Assembly: GCA_963783255.1 (NCBI GenBank)
Contig: CAWAMP010000022.1
Span: 136,118-200,117 of the forward strand
Reading direction: 5' to 3'
Source of the DNA: an uncultured Acidobacteriota bacterium
GTDB lineage: Bacteria; Acidobacteriota; Vicinamibacteria; Vicinamibacterales; Fen-181
DNA: 64,000 bases
Shown: positions 30,967 to 46,995 of the stretch, one piece after another
Layout of the letters: each line of letters opens with the position of its first letter
Position numbering within the stretch: position 1 is the first letter of the stretch
Program-made: the position numbers and the translations under genes
Notes under the pieces: generated by a model
What the model saw: the letters and a program-made list of their open reading frames with translations, nothing else
Told to the model about the DNA's origin: nothing
Databases searched by the model: none

Positions 30967-31086
30967 CCGAATGCGGTTCCCTGATGGCCCGGGCAGGGGT
31001 GCGCCGGGACCGTCGCCGAAGCGTACCCCGACCCGTCCGGCGATCGCAAGCCGCCAGGTTGACAAATCCGCGACCGTGAGACGAAG

Positions 31087-32670
31087 ATGCGGTCGATGAG
31101 GGTCCTGACCGCTCGACAGATGCGCGAGGCGGATCGCCGCACCATCGAAGACGTCGGCGTGCCGTCGCTGGTTCTCATGGAGAACGCGGGAAGGGAGGTG
31201 GCCGCCACCATCGAGGCCGAGTTCGGCGGCCTCGTCGGGCGGCGCGTGGCCATTCTTTGTGGTCGCGGCAACAACGGCGGCGATGGCTTCGTGGTGGCGC
31301 GTCTGCTGCATCAGCGCGGCGTCCACGTGTCGGTGTTCCTGGTGGGCCGTGTGTCGGACGTCAGGGGCGATGCCCTCACGAACCTCGAGAGGGTGCAGGG
31401 GCTTGGCCTCACCGTGGCGGAAATCGGACGGCAGATCGAGTGGGAGCGCCACTCGTCCGAGTTCGCGCACTACTCGCTGGTGGTCGATGCGTTGTTCGGC
31501 ACCGGCCTCACCTCGGCACTTGACGGCCTGCTGGCGACGATTGTCGACGACCTCAACAGGGCCGGTGCGCCGATCCTGTCGGTCGATCTGCCGAGCGGAC
31601 TGTCAGCCGACACCCACGACATCATTGGGCCGTGCGTCCGCGCCACGCTGACGGTCACGCTCGGTGCGCCGAAGCTCCCGCTGGTGCTCCCGCCGGCGAG
31701 CGAGGTTGCGGGACGGCTCGTGGTCGCGGACATCGGGATCCCTTCGTCGGTGGTGGAATCGCTCGACGGCGCCGACCTTCGCGTGACGACGCCGGACGCC
31801 CTGAGGGCGCTCGTGCCGGCGCGCCCCCGCGACGCGCACAAGGGCGCGTTCGGGCACGTGCTCGTCGTGGCCGGCTCGCGGGGAAAGACCGGCGCCGCCC
31901 ACCTCGCCGCGGCCGGTGCGCTGCAATCGGGTGCCGGCCTCGTCACGGTGGCCACGCCTCAATCGTGCCAGCCCGTCGTCGCGTGCATGGGGGCCGAGTA
32001 CATGACCGACGGGCTGGCCGACTCGGCAGAGGGCACGGTGGTGCGCGACGGTCTGGAAGCCGTGCTGGCGTTCCGTGGCGCCGTGATTGCGGCGGGCCCA
32101 GGGCTCGGATCGGACGGCGGCGTGAAGGCCTTCGTCCGTGGCCTGGTCGAAGGCGCTCGCGTGCCGCTGGTTCTCGACGCGGATGCCCTCAACGCGTTCG
32201 AAGGCGATTCCGGCCGGCTCATGGCGCGCGCGGGTCAGACGATCATCGTCACGCCGCATCCGGGCGAGATGGCACGCCTGCTGGGCGTACCGACGGCTGA
32301 CGTCCAGGCCAACCGCCTGGAGACGGCGCGGAGGCTGGCCGCTGCCAACGGCCTGTTCGTCGCCCTGAAGGGCCACCGCACCATCGTCGCAGCGCCGGAT
32401 GGGCGCGCCGCGATCAATCCGACGGGAAACCCAGGCATGGCGACCGGCGGGACGGGTGACGTGCTCACTGGCATGATCGCGGCGTGGCTGGCGCAGGGCG
32501 CGGATGCGTACGCGGCGTGCCGCCTCGGGGTCTACCTCCACGGAGCGGCCGGCGACCTGGCGGCCGGCGACGAGGGCGAGGTGTCGATGACGGCCGGCGA
32601 CCTGGTCGGTCGGATTGGCAGGGCGACGACCGCGCTGGCGACGCATGGTCCGCGCCGGGGACGTGGATGA
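31087..32670 (+). CDS. nnr: Bifunctional NAD(P)H-hydrate repair enzyme (epimerase + ADP-dependent dehydratase)
   Basis: YjeF_N part (…GRGNNGGDGFVVARLL…) and a carbohydrate-kinase-like C-terminal part (…GNPGMATGGTGDVLTG…), 527 aa. Confidence 0.9.
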   Translation: MRSMRVLTARQMREADRRTIEDVGVPSLVLMENAGREVAATIEAEFGGLVGRRVAILCGRGNNGGDGFVVARLLHQRGVHVSVFLVGRVSDVRGDALTNLERVQGLGLTVAEIGRQIEWERHSSEFAHYSLVVDALFGTGLTSALDGLLATIVDDLNRAGAPILSVDLPSGLSADTHDIIGPCVRATLTVTLGAPKLPLVLPPASEVAGRLVVADIGIPSSVVESLDGADLRVTTPDALRALVPARPRDAHKGAFGHVLVVAGSRGKTGAAHLAAAGALQSGAGLVTVATPQSCQPVVACMGAEYMTDGLADSAEGTVVRDGLEAVLAFRGAVIAAGPGLGSDGGVKAFVRGLVEGARVPLVLDADALNAFEGDSGRLMARAGQTIIVTPHPGEMARLLGVPTADVQANRLETARRLAAANGLFVALKGHRTIVAAPDGRAAINPTGNPGMATGGTGDVLTGMIAAWLAQGADAYAACRLGVYLHGAAGDLAAGDEGEVSMTAGDLVGRIGRATTALATHGPRRGRG

Positions 32671-33125
32671 TCGAAATCGTGCGGACCGAATCGGAGGACC
32701 AGACGGCCGACGTGGCCCGCCGGCTGGCGGGCCGCCTGCGAGCCGGCTCCGTGGTGCTGCTCACGGGCGATCTCGGAGCAGGGAAGACCGCCTTCGTGCG
32801 GGGACTCGCTGCCGGACTCGGTGTCGACCCCGAGGACGTCAGCAGTCCCACCTTCACGCTGATCCAGGAGTATCGGCCTTCGACGGCGCCGAACCACTCC
32901 GCGCTTGCGGAGGGGCGCGGCGAGGGGATCCTGCGACACGTGGATCTCTACCGGCTCTTCGGCGAGGAGGTTGGAGATCTGGGTCTGGATGAACTGAGTG
33001 ACGGCGGAGCCGTCGTCGCCGTCGAGTGGGCGGAGAAGCTGGGCGCACCGCCCGCCGGAGCCGTCCGGGTGACGATTACCGACCTCGGGGGCGACGCTCG
33101 CGAGATTTCGATCGCGACGACGTAG
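32667..33125 (+). CDS. tsaE: tRNA t6A37 biosynthesis ATPase TsaE
   Basis: ATG 32667 overlaps the nnr stop (ATGA). LTGDLGAGKTAFVRG P-loop, SPTFTL and HVDLYRL motifs. Confidence 0.85.
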   Translation: MIEIVRTESEDQTADVARRLAGRLRAGSVVLLTGDLGAGKTAFVRGLAAGLGVDPEDVSSPTFTLIQEYRPSTAPNHSALAEGRGEGILRHVDLYRLFGEEVGDLGLDELSDGGAVVAVEWAEKLGAPPAGAVRVTITDLGGDAREISIATT

Positions 33126-33126
33126 C

Positions 33127-33198
33127 CGTCGGTTCTCAGTGGTCAGCGGTCAGTGAGACACGCGTGAGAGACTGCCGACTGACTACTGGCAACCGACG
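33127..33198. terminator. ~72-nt imperfect inverted repeat between the convergent tsaE and guaB genes (possible bidirectional terminator)
   Basis: Outer 8 bp are perfect (CGTCGGTT 33127-33134 / AACCGACG 33191-33198). The inner arms cagtggtcagcggtcagt and actgccgactgactactg match at 14/18 positions. The centre contains the cacgcgtg palindrome. Confidence 0.35.
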
Positions 33199-33209
33199 AC
33201 CGTTCAGCA

Positions 33210-37667
<4,458 letters not shown>

Positions 37668-37760
37668 GTAAGGAGAGGGTCCGTGATGACGAGGATACCC
37701 AGCGATTGTAGGGGACGCTCGCCGGATCGGTCAAGGCGACGCCGCGCGCTCGGGCCGGGC

Positions 37761-38681
37761 CTACGGCCGGCGCGTGGCGGTCAGCAGAGGGAGAGGATCG
37801 GTCAGCTGACCGTTGACCAGGAGCTCGTAGTGCAGGTGCGGACCGGTGACGCGCCCCGTCGTGCCGATCTGCCCGATCGTCTGCCCGCGCTCCACGCGGT
37901 CCCCCGGCCTGACCAGCATCGTCGACAGGTGCGCGTAGCGCGTGAGGAGGCCGAAGCCGTGGTTGACCGTCACCATGTACCCGTAGTCACCGTTCCACCC
38001 GGTGAACTCGACGACGCCGCCGGCCGTGGCTGAGACCGGGTCGCCCCGATCGCCCGAGATGTCGATGCCGGCATGCGTCTCGCTGCCGCCATTCCCGAAC
38101 GGATCCACGCGCTTGCCGAACGTCGCCGACAGGGGACCGCGGGCGGGCCAGATGGAGGGCGCCGCCCCCAGCAGCTCGTCCCGGCGGCCGAGATCGACGT
38201 GCGCCAGTTCGAGACGGCTCGTGAGACGGCCGAGCATGTCGCGCAGCGTGCCGAACGTGTCCTCAGGGGAAACCAGCGTCGGCGCCAGCACCGAGGAGGA
38301 GATGGGGGTGTTCGCCGGGCCGCCGCCCATCGCGCGGGACCGCACCGCGGGGGGCAGTTTCGCCAGCGCGCGTGCCGATTCCGGGTCGAGCGCGGCCTTC
38401 GCGCTCAGGTCGGCAACGGCCGACTGGACGCTCGCCACTTGGTCGGTCAACTGGGCCGTCATCGCGCGGAAATTGTCGTTCTGCTGTTTCAGGGCTTCCG
38501 CGTTGGTGCGAAGGGCGCTGACTTCGGCCAGCGCGCTCCATCGAGCGCCCAGGCCGATCAGAATAGGGAGGGCGAAAACGACAGCTATCGCCGTCAGCGC
38601 AGGGCGGAGGCTGATCGTAAAACGACGCACGACGCCGGTCGTGCGGTCCGCGATGACGACGGTGTAGCGCTTGGCTGTCAC
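37761..38681 (-). CDS. M23-family metallopeptidase (murein endopeptidase-like) with an N-terminal membrane anchor and coiled coil
   Basis: HAGIDISGDRGDPV...GYMVTVNHGFGLLTRYAHLS...GPHLHYELLVNG. GTG start at 38681. Confidence 0.85.
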   Translation of the reverse strand: MTAKRYTVVIADRTTGVVRRFTISLRPALTAIAVVFALPILIGLGARWSALAEVSALRTNAEALKQQNDNFRAMTAQLTDQVASVQSAVADLSAKAALDPESARALAKLPPAVRSRAMGGGPANTPISSSVLAPTLVSPEDTFGTLRDMLGRLTSRLELAHVDLGRRDELLGAAPSIWPARGPLSATFGKRVDPFGNGGSETHAGIDISGDRGDPVSATAGGVVEFTGWNGDYGYMVTVNHGFGLLTRYAHLSTMLVRPGDRVERGQTIGQIGTTGRVTGPHLHYELLVNGQLTDPLPLLTATRRP

Positions 38682-38879
38682 GTGGCTGCTGACTCCCGGA
38701 TGTATGCAGTGTTCGGCGTGAGCTGAATCAGCCGGTACAGGACGCCGTCAAGCCTTCGAAGGGTCGAAATGTATCACACCAACCGGCGCAGGGCCAAGGA
38801 CGAATCGGCGCACGGCGAACACACGGCGAAACACAACTCGGCCGCCGCTCGTCCGAAAGGTTGGATCCGCAGGCGGGCT

Positions 38880-40415
38880 TCAGAGGCGCTCCATCTCCCG
38901 CGCGTCGTCGTTGACACGGTATTGCAGGGCCTCACCCGTGTGCTCGGCGGAGACGATGTCGGCGCCCCCGAGGTCTGCGATGGTCCGCGACACCTTCAGC
39001 ACGCGGTCGTAGCCCCGGGCGCTCAGCCCTAGGCGCGAAACGGCCTGTTCGAGCAGGCGCCGGGCACCCAGATCCGTCCGGCAGTACCTCCACACGGAGC
39101 GGCCCTGAAGTTCCGCGTTCAGGCGCGCACCGACGGGCCTCACCCTGGCCAGCTGGCGTTGGCGCGCTCGAAGCACGCGCTCCCTGATGGCAGCAGACGG
39201 TTCCGCCTGGACGTCGTCGCCGAAGGTCGCAGCCGGCACGGCCGGCACTTCGACGATCAGGTCGAGTCGGTCGCGCAGGGGACCCGACAGGCGAGCACGG
39301 TAGCGCGACACCTCCGGGGGCGTGCACCGGCACACGCGCGTCTGGTCCCCGCGGTAGCCGCACGGGCACGGGTTCATCGCCGCAATCAACATGAACCGCG
39401 CCGGGAACACGGCCGTCCGGGCCGCCCGGGCCACCGTGACCGTGCCCTCCTCGAGCGGCTGCCGCAAAACTTCGAGGACGCGCCGGTCGAACTCCGGCAT
39501 CTCGTCCAGGAAGAGAACGCCGTTGTGGGCCAGGCTGATTTCGCCGGGACGCGGGATCGTCCCTCCGCCGACGAGCGCAACGTCGGACACCGTGTGGTGC
39601 GGCGCCCGGAACGGCCGGTCCCTGAGCAAGCCGGTCCCGGGCTGGAGAAGGGAGCAGACCGAATGGATGGCGGTGCACTCCAGCGCCTCGTCGAACGAGA
39701 GCGGGGGCAGGATGCCTGGCATCCTCCTCGCCATCATCGTCTTTCCGGCCCCTGGAGGACCGATCATGAGGAGGTTGTGGCCGCCGGCCGCGGCGATTTC
39801 GAGGGCGCGCCGCGCCAGCAGTTGCCCGCGCACCTCCGAGAAGTCGGGCGTCTGCGCCGGCCGTTCGGCGGCGTCGGGAACCGCGATCGCGCGGACCGCG
39901 GATTCGGGAGCGTTCAGCGCGGCGACCGCCTCCGCCAGGCAGTCGACGGGCAGGACCGCCAGGCCTTCCACGACGGCGGCCTCCATCGCGTTGCTCGTGG
40001 GCAGGAGGATCGCCGCCGCGCCGTTCCGTCGGGCCGCGGCGGCGATCGGGAGCACTCCGCGCGTCGCCTGGATCCCCCCGTCCAGCGACAGTTCCCCGAG
40101 CAGCACGATGTCATCAGCCTGTCGACGCTCGACGGTGCCGGTGGCGGCGAGGACGCCGAGGGCGATGGGTAGGTCGAACGAGGAGCCGGCCTTGCGGACA
40201 TCCGCCGGTGCCAGGTTGACTGTGACGCGGTGCGGCGGGAACTCGAACCCGGAGTTCCGGATCGCGCTTCGGACGCGGTCTCGGCTCTCTCGGACGCTCG
40301 GGTCGGGCAGGCCCACCATCGTGAACGACGGCAGGCCGAACGTGACGTCCACCTCGACGTGAACGGGGAAGGCCTCGAGGCCAAACACCGCGGCGCTTCG
40401 GAGACAGGCGAGCAC
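38880..40415 (-). CDS. comM: YifB/ComM-family Mg-chelatase-like AAA+ ATPase
   Basis: Lon-protease-like N-terminal domain (…GLPDPSVRESRDRVRSAI…), Walker A GPPGAGKTM, FLDEMPEF, 511 aa. Confidence 0.9.
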   Translation of the reverse strand: MLACLRSAAVFGLEAFPVHVEVDVTFGLPSFTMVGLPDPSVRESRDRVRSAIRNSGFEFPPHRVTVNLAPADVRKAGSSFDLPIALGVLAATGTVERRQADDIVLLGELSLDGGIQATRGVLPIAAAARRNGAAAILLPTSNAMEAAVVEGLAVLPVDCLAEAVAALNAPESAVRAIAVPDAAERPAQTPDFSEVRGQLLARRALEIAAAGGHNLLMIGPPGAGKTMMARRMPGILPPLSFDEALECTAIHSVCSLLQPGTGLLRDRPFRAPHHTVSDVALVGGGTIPRPGEISLAHNGVLFLDEMPEFDRRVLEVLRQPLEEGTVTVARAARTAVFPARFMLIAAMNPCPCGYRGDQTRVCRCTPPEVSRYRARLSGPLRDRLDLIVEVPAVPAATFGDDVQAEPSAAIRERVLRARQRQLARVRPVGARLNAELQGRSVWRYCRTDLGARRLLEQAVSRLGLSARGYDRVLKVSRTIADLGGADIVSAEHTGEALQYRVNDDAREMERL

Positions 40416-40541
40416 ACCGGTCTTCCTGCAATCCCGCGGCCGGCCTGGTAACGGGAGAAATGGTTCCGGAAAACTGGAGGACGCGGGTCCGACGGCCGCA
40501 GGAGTCCGGCAGAACCTGCAACGGTGCCCCGGCCGCCCCTG

Positions 40542-42323
40542 TCAGGAACTGCCAGGAGGCCGCTTGTCCTCGCGGGGCGCGAAGATGGTCAGGCGCTCGC
40601 CGGGCATCAGCAGGTCGCTGCGCAAGCCGTTCCAGGTCTTGAGCGAGGCGACCGTCGTTCCGTAACGCTTGGCCACCGTCGACAGCGTGTCGCCGCGCCT
40701 GACCTGGTAGGTCACCTTGACGGTGTCGGCCGGCGCGCCGGCCGCCGCCTTCGGCGGCTGGGGCTGCGCGCGCGCCGCGGCCGTGCGACTGGCCGCCGAG
40801 GGAGGGGTCGCCTCAGGCCGCCTGGCCAAGAGCCGCGAAGGTTCCACCGGGATGACCAGGTTCTGGCCGGGGGTGACCACGGACCGGGTCGACAGGTAGT
40901 TGGCGTCGGCCAGGTCGACGCGGTTCACCCGGAGTTTCTTCGCGATCGTCGTCAGCGTGTCGCCGCGCTTGACCGTGTACCATTTCAGGGCGGCGGTGTC
41001 GGCCGGCGTCAACTCGGCGAGCCTGGCTTCGAGAGCTGCCACACCGTCTTTCGGCACCCTGATTTCGTACGCCTCGCGGCCCGGGCGGGGCACCGGCGTG
41101 GTCCACCGCCGGAGTTCCGGGTTCATTCCCTGGATTTCGCCCACCGTCGTCCCGGCCCACTCGGCGATCTTTCTGAGGTCGACCGGCTGTGGCACCTTCA
41201 CCCTCTCGTAGTCCGGCGGGGGAGGCGCCGCCACGTCGAATCCGTAGTAGGCCGGGTTGCGGGCTATCACCATGGCGGCGAGGACCATCGGCACGTACTC
41301 GCGCGTTTCCCGCGGGAGGCTGTTGCGCCTGGCCGCCAGCGTCCAGAAGTCCTCGATGCGGTAGCGCTTCATGGCGCGCTGAACCAGGCCGGGGCCTCCG
41401 TTGTAGGAGGCGAGCGCCAGGTGCCAGTCGCCGTCGAAGGCGCGCGAGAGGGTCCCGAGATAGGCCGCCGCCGCGCGGGTGGCCTTCTCGGGATCGGAAC
41501 GCTCGTCGACGTACCAGTCGCGCTTGAGCCCGTTCTCGGCCGCCGTGCCCGCCATGAACTGCCAGACACCCTTGGCCTTGGCTCGCGACACGGCGTCGGG
41601 TTTGAAGGCGCTCTCGATGAGCGGCACGTACGCGAGGTCGAGAGGGAGGCCTTCGGCCCGGAATACGTCCTGGATCATCGGAACGTATTGGGCTCCTCGC
41701 TGAAGCCCGGCCTGAAACCAGTCTCTCAGGCGTCCCTGGAACAGCTCGATGTACGCGAGCACGCGCTCGTTCAGCGGGATGGGCACGTCGTGCGACGTGC
41801 GCGCGAGGTCGGAGGCGACGGTTTCCTCTGTCTTTGGTGAGGCAGCCGCGCCGGCGAACGTCGACTCTTCGAGCAGCGCGTCTATTGATGCCGGCTCGTA
41901 GCGCTTCTCCGTGAAGCCGTCACCCTCGGAGAGTGCCGTCATCTCGTAGGTGCTGATTCGATCGACCAGCCGCTCGAAGTGCTCGCGCAGCCGCGCGTCG
42001 TGGCGGGCACCGTACTCGGACTGAACCAGCACCTCGATGGCCGCGTCGAACTCGCGGCGGGCTCGCTCGAGGTGGCCGACGGCCAGTTCGCGCCGGCCGG
42101 CGTCGAAGTGCGCCTGCGACTGGGCGACCAGGGCGCCAATCGGGTCTGGCGCCGGATGGGGGACCGGCGTCGGCTTCTCGGCTGGCGGGACCTCCGTGGG
42201 TGAGGGTGGCGCGGGCGCGGGCGGAAGCGCCGGCGAGGGCGTCGGGACGACCGGTCGCGCGGCACAGCCGCCGAAGGCGGCCACCGCCAGAGCCAGGCCA
42301 AGCGCCGTCGCCAGACGACTCAT
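40542..42323 (-). CDS. Membrane-bound lytic transglycosylase (SLT domain) with two C-terminal LysM domains, MltD-like lipoprotein
   Basis: I prefer the ATG at 42323 (MSRLATALGLALAVAAFGGC lipobox). SLT core VPLIESAFKPDAVSRAKAKGVWQFM. LysM repeats YTVKRGDTLTTIAKK and YQVRRGDTLSTVAKR. Confidence 0.85.
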   Translation of the reverse strand: MSRLATALGLALAVAAFGGCAARPVVPTPSPALPPAPAPPSPTEVPPAEKPTPVPHPAPDPIGALVAQSQAHFDAGRRELAVGHLERARREFDAAIEVLVQSEYGARHDARLREHFERLVDRISTYEMTALSEGDGFTEKRYEPASIDALLEESTFAGAAASPKTEETVASDLARTSHDVPIPLNERVLAYIELFQGRLRDWFQAGLQRGAQYVPMIQDVFRAEGLPLDLAYVPLIESAFKPDAVSRAKAKGVWQFMAGTAAENGLKRDWYVDERSDPEKATRAAAAYLGTLSRAFDGDWHLALASYNGGPGLVQRAMKRYRIEDFWTLAARRNSLPRETREYVPMVLAAMVIARNPAYYGFDVAAPPPPDYERVKVPQPVDLRKIAEWAGTTVGEIQGMNPELRRWTTPVPRPGREAYEIRVPKDGVAALEARLAELTPADTAALKWYTVKRGDTLTTIAKKLRVNRVDLADANYLSTRSVVTPGQNLVIPVEPSRLLARRPEATPPSAASRTAAARAQPQPPKAAAGAPADTVKVTYQVRRGDTLSTVAKRYGTTVASLKTWNGLRSDLLMPGERLTIFAPREDKRPPGSS

Positions 42324-42478
42324 TCGGTCACCATAGCATCGCTCAACCCGCAAGGTCAATCAGCGACGGCGGCAAGTCCTTTCGGTTCAGCATGAAACGA
42401 GAGTGTCACGGGTGCCTGGAAGGACCCGAACCTCAGCGAGTTTGCCCCTGCTTCGGCACCTGCGCTACGATACTCACC

Positions 42479-43351
42479 ATGAAGACTCGCCTGCTCGTTG
42501 GAGCGCTCATCGTCCTGGCTCTTGCAGCCGGCGGCTGCCGGAAGCCGTCCAACGAGCCGCCGGTCGCCACCCCGGCGGTGTCCTTGAACCACACGCGCGT
42601 GCCGCTCGGCAGCCCGCTCGAACTGACTTACGAGTTCAAGATGGCGGCCGACGCCCCGGCATTCGCTGAAGACCTCATCGTCTTCGTGCATTTCGTCGAT
42701 GCCGACGAGGAGTTGATGTGGACCGACGACCACCTGCCCCCGGTACCGACGACGCAGTGGAAGCCTGGCCAGACGATCAAGTACAACCGGCTGCTGTTCG
42801 CACCCGTCTATCCCTACGTCGGGGACGCGACCGTCAGGGTCGGGCTCTACGGGAAGGACAACAAGCGGGTGGTGCTTGCCGGCGCGGATAACGGGCAGCG
42901 CGCATATGCTGTCGCGACGTTCCAGGTGGCGCCGCAGAGCGAGAGCGTCTATCTCACCTATAAGGACGGCTGGCACCTGGCGGAAGTCCTGCCCGACAAC
43001 TCCGGCAGCGAGTGGCATTGGACGCAGAAGGAGGCCACGCTCTCTTTCAAGAACCCCAAGCGGAACTCGGTGTTCTTCCTCGACTACGGCGGCCGTCAGA
43101 AGGTGATGACCGAGCCGCAGGCGGTGACGGTGAGAGTCGGCGACGAGGTGGTCGACACGTTCCAGGTGGAAGCGACCGGCGGCGTTCGCCGGATTCCGCT
43201 GACCGTGAACCAGCTCGGAACCGGGGACCAGGTCTCGGTGAAGCTCAGCGTCGACCGGACGTTCGTGCCGGCCATTCTATCGGGCGGGACGCTGCCCGAT
43301 CGGCGCGAGCTCGGGTTGTGCGTCTTCCATGCCTATGTCGAAACCCGGTAG
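42479..43351 (+). CDS. Hypothetical lipoprotein
   Basis: ATG at 42479 within ORF 42200..43351. MKTRLLVGALIVLALAAGGC lipobox. No family recognised. Confidence 0.6.
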   Translation: MKTRLLVGALIVLALAAGGCRKPSNEPPVATPAVSLNHTRVPLGSPLELTYEFKMAADAPAFAEDLIVFVHFVDADEELMWTDDHLPPVPTTQWKPGQTIKYNRLLFAPVYPYVGDATVRVGLYGKDNKRVVLAGADNGQRAYAVATFQVAPQSESVYLTYKDGWHLAEVLPDNSGSEWHWTQKEATLSFKNPKRNSVFFLDYGGRQKVMTEPQAVTVRVGDEVVDTFQVEATGGVRRIPLTVNQLGTGDQVSVKLSVDRTFVPAILSGGTLPDRRELGLCVFHAYVETR

Positions 43352-44030
43352 GCTGTCCGAGGCGAACCGGCGCGCGCGCGTCCTCGCGCGCAGGGCCGCG
43401 GTCACGGCCGCGTTCGTGGCGCTCGCCCTGCAGGTGCTCGGCGGGGTCGCGGCGGCCGAACTCGTCTTCCTGACGACCGGTCGGACGCTCACCGTCCAGT
43501 CCCATCGCTTCGAGGGCGACCTCGTCGCTCTGAGGCTGCGTTCGGGCGGCGAAATCGTGTGCGCGGCCTCCAGCATCGAACGGATCGCGCCCGACGACGT
43601 GTTCCTCCCGGACGTTCGCCGCGAAGTCAGTGAGACGCCGCTCCTGCCGGTGCCTTACGGAGACATCATCGACGAAACCGCGGGCCGGATGGGCGTCGAT
43701 CCGCGGCTGGTGAGGGCCGTCATCCAGGTCGAGTCGGCCTATCAGGCGTCGGCCCGCTCCCGGAAGGGCGCGATGGGCCTGATGCAGCTGATGCCGGACA
43801 CGGCCCGCCGCTACGCGGTCGCCGACCCGTACGACCCGGGCTCGAACGTCGACGCGGGCATCCGTCACCTCAAGATGCTACTGGGCCGGTTCGAACTGTC
43901 GCTGGCGCTCGCGGCCTACAACGCGGGCGAGGCGGCCGTCGAGCGGTTCAAAGGCATCCCGCCGTACGCCGAGACGCAGAACTACGTGCGGCAGGTGTTG
44001 CGGCTGCTCGGGCCGGCAGCCGCCCGGTAG
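43329..44030 (+). CDS. Lytic transglycosylase (SLT domain) at the head of the secretion/pilus cluster
   Basis: VIQVESAYQASARSRKGAMGLMQLMPDTA...AYNAGEAAV. Has an N-terminal signal/anchor. It overlaps the upstream gene by 23 nt. Confidence 0.8.
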   Translation: MPMSKPGRLSEANRRARVLARRAAVTAAFVALALQVLGGVAAAELVFLTTGRTLTVQSHRFEGDLVALRLRSGGEIVCAASSIERIAPDDVFLPDVRREVSETPLLPVPYGDIIDETAGRMGVDPRLVRAVIQVESAYQASARSRKGAMGLMQLMPDTARRYAVADPYDPGSNVDAGIRHLKMLLGRFELSLALAAYNAGEAAVERFKGIPPYAETQNYVRQVLRLLGPAAAR

Positions 44031-44068
44031 CCCGGGTTCCTCGCACGCGGCGGTTCGCGCCGGAAAGT

Positions 44069-44077
44069 TGCTATAAT
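44069..44077 (+). promoter_or_regulatory. Candidate extended -10 promoter element (TGcTATAAT) upstream of the gspF-like gene
   Basis: A perfect TATAAT at 44072-44077 is preceded by TG at 44069-44070, 48 nt upstream of the ATG at 44126, in an otherwise GC-rich spacer. No good -35 element. Confidence 0.3.
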
Positions 44078-44125
44078 CAAGCGCGTTCGAACACGTCATC
44101 ATGGCCGACCTCCGAGCATCGCGCG

Positions 44126-45343
44126 ATGGAATTCCGCTGTAGACTGTCGACGCCGTCCGGCGAGATCACCGAGGGCATCTACGTCGCGGACAGCGAGGTG
44201 CGCCTGCGTCACGAACTCGAGCAGAAGGGGTTGTGTGTGCTGGCGATGCGGCCCCGCCACTCGGTCGCCGGCTGGGCGCCGCGGCTGCCGTCGCGCAACA
44301 GGATTCCGGCCCGGGAGTTCCTGGTCTTCAACCAGGAGTTGGCGACGCTGCTGAAGGCGGGGATGCCGCTGGTCCAGTCGCTCGACATCCTGCGCACGAG
44401 GCTGAGCAACCCGCTCTTCAAGGCGGTGCTCGACGACGTCTACGAGAAGGTCCGCGCCGGTACGGCGCTGTCCGACGCGTTCGGTTCCCACGGGGCGCTG
44501 GTCACGGGTGTCTACACCGCCTCGCTGATGGCGGGCGAGAAGAGCGGCAGCCTCGAGACGGTGCTGCGCCGATACGTCGCCTACGTGAAGATCATCTCAG
44601 GCGTGAGGCGGAGGACGCTTTCCGCGCTGATTTACCCGGCCGTGCTGCTGGCCCTTGCGCTGGCGGTGGTCGGCATCATCGTCGTCAAGGTCGTTCCGGA
44701 GTTCTCGTCCTTCTACGGGCAGTTCAACCGCGACCTGCCGCTCGTCACGCGAGGTATTGTCGCCGTATCGGACGCGGTGCGGTCGCAATGGCCGGCCTTC
44801 GCGGTGCTCGCGGTGGCCGCCGGAGCGGGCCTGAACGCCTGGCTGCGGCGGCCCGGACAGCGCGAGCGGTTCGACCGGCTGATCCTGGTCACGCCGGGAA
44901 TCGGTCCAACCGCCCGCAAGTTCGCCACGTCTCAATTGGCACGGACACTGGCGACCCTGCTCGGCGGCGGGATTCCGCTCGTGAACGCCATAGAGATCGC
45001 GAGCCGATCGGTCTCGAACCGGTCGATGGCCGCGTCGATGGAGGAAATCGGCCGGCGGGTGCGGGAAGGGGAGTCGTTCGCGGCGGCGATGGCGGATCGA
45101 AAAGTCTTCCCGGACGTGGCCGTGAAGATGGCCGAGGTCGGCGAAGCGACGGGCGCGCTCCAGGAGATGCTGAACAGCCTGGCGGACTTCTACGACGAGG
45201 AGATCGAGACGGACCTGGGGCGGTTCGTCACGCTCGTCGAGCCGGCGCTGCTCGTGATCATGGGCATCGTCATCGCAGCGCTCCTGCTGGCGCTGTACAT
45301 GCCGCTGTTCCAGTTGTCCTCGGTGGTCGGGCCGCAGGTGTAG
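44126..45343 (+). CDS. GspF/PilC-family inner-membrane platform protein
   Basis: Two T2SSF repeats (…FNQELATLLKAGMPLVQSLDIL… and …LARTLATLLGGGIPLVNAIEI…), 405 aa. Confidence 0.9.
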   Translation: MEFRCRLSTPSGEITEGIYVADSEVRLRHELEQKGLCVLAMRPRHSVAGWAPRLPSRNRIPAREFLVFNQELATLLKAGMPLVQSLDILRTRLSNPLFKAVLDDVYEKVRAGTALSDAFGSHGALVTGVYTASLMAGEKSGSLETVLRRYVAYVKIISGVRRRTLSALIYPAVLLALALAVVGIIVVKVVPEFSSFYGQFNRDLPLVTRGIVAVSDAVRSQWPAFAVLAVAAGAGLNAWLRRPGQRERFDRLILVTPGIGPTARKFATSQLARTLATLLGGGIPLVNAIEIASRSVSNRSMAASMEEIGRRVREGESFAAAMADRKVFPDVAVKMAEVGEATGALQEMLNSLADFYDEEIETDLGRFVTLVEPALLVIMGIVIAALLLALYMPLFQLSSVVGPQV

Positions 45344-45375
45344 AGAAGGGAAGCCGAGTGGAACCACGGGTGCAG

Positions 45376-46991
<1,616 letters not shown>

Positions 46992-46995
<4 letters not shown>

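Noticed and set aside
44233-45375. The 920-aa ORF suggests a fusion extending the secretion ATPase 381 codons upstream.
   Set aside because: That stretch is the out-of-frame overlap with the gspF-like gene and reads as Arg/Gly/Ala junk. The ATPase homology starts at MLYAEGVDQ... (ATG 45376).
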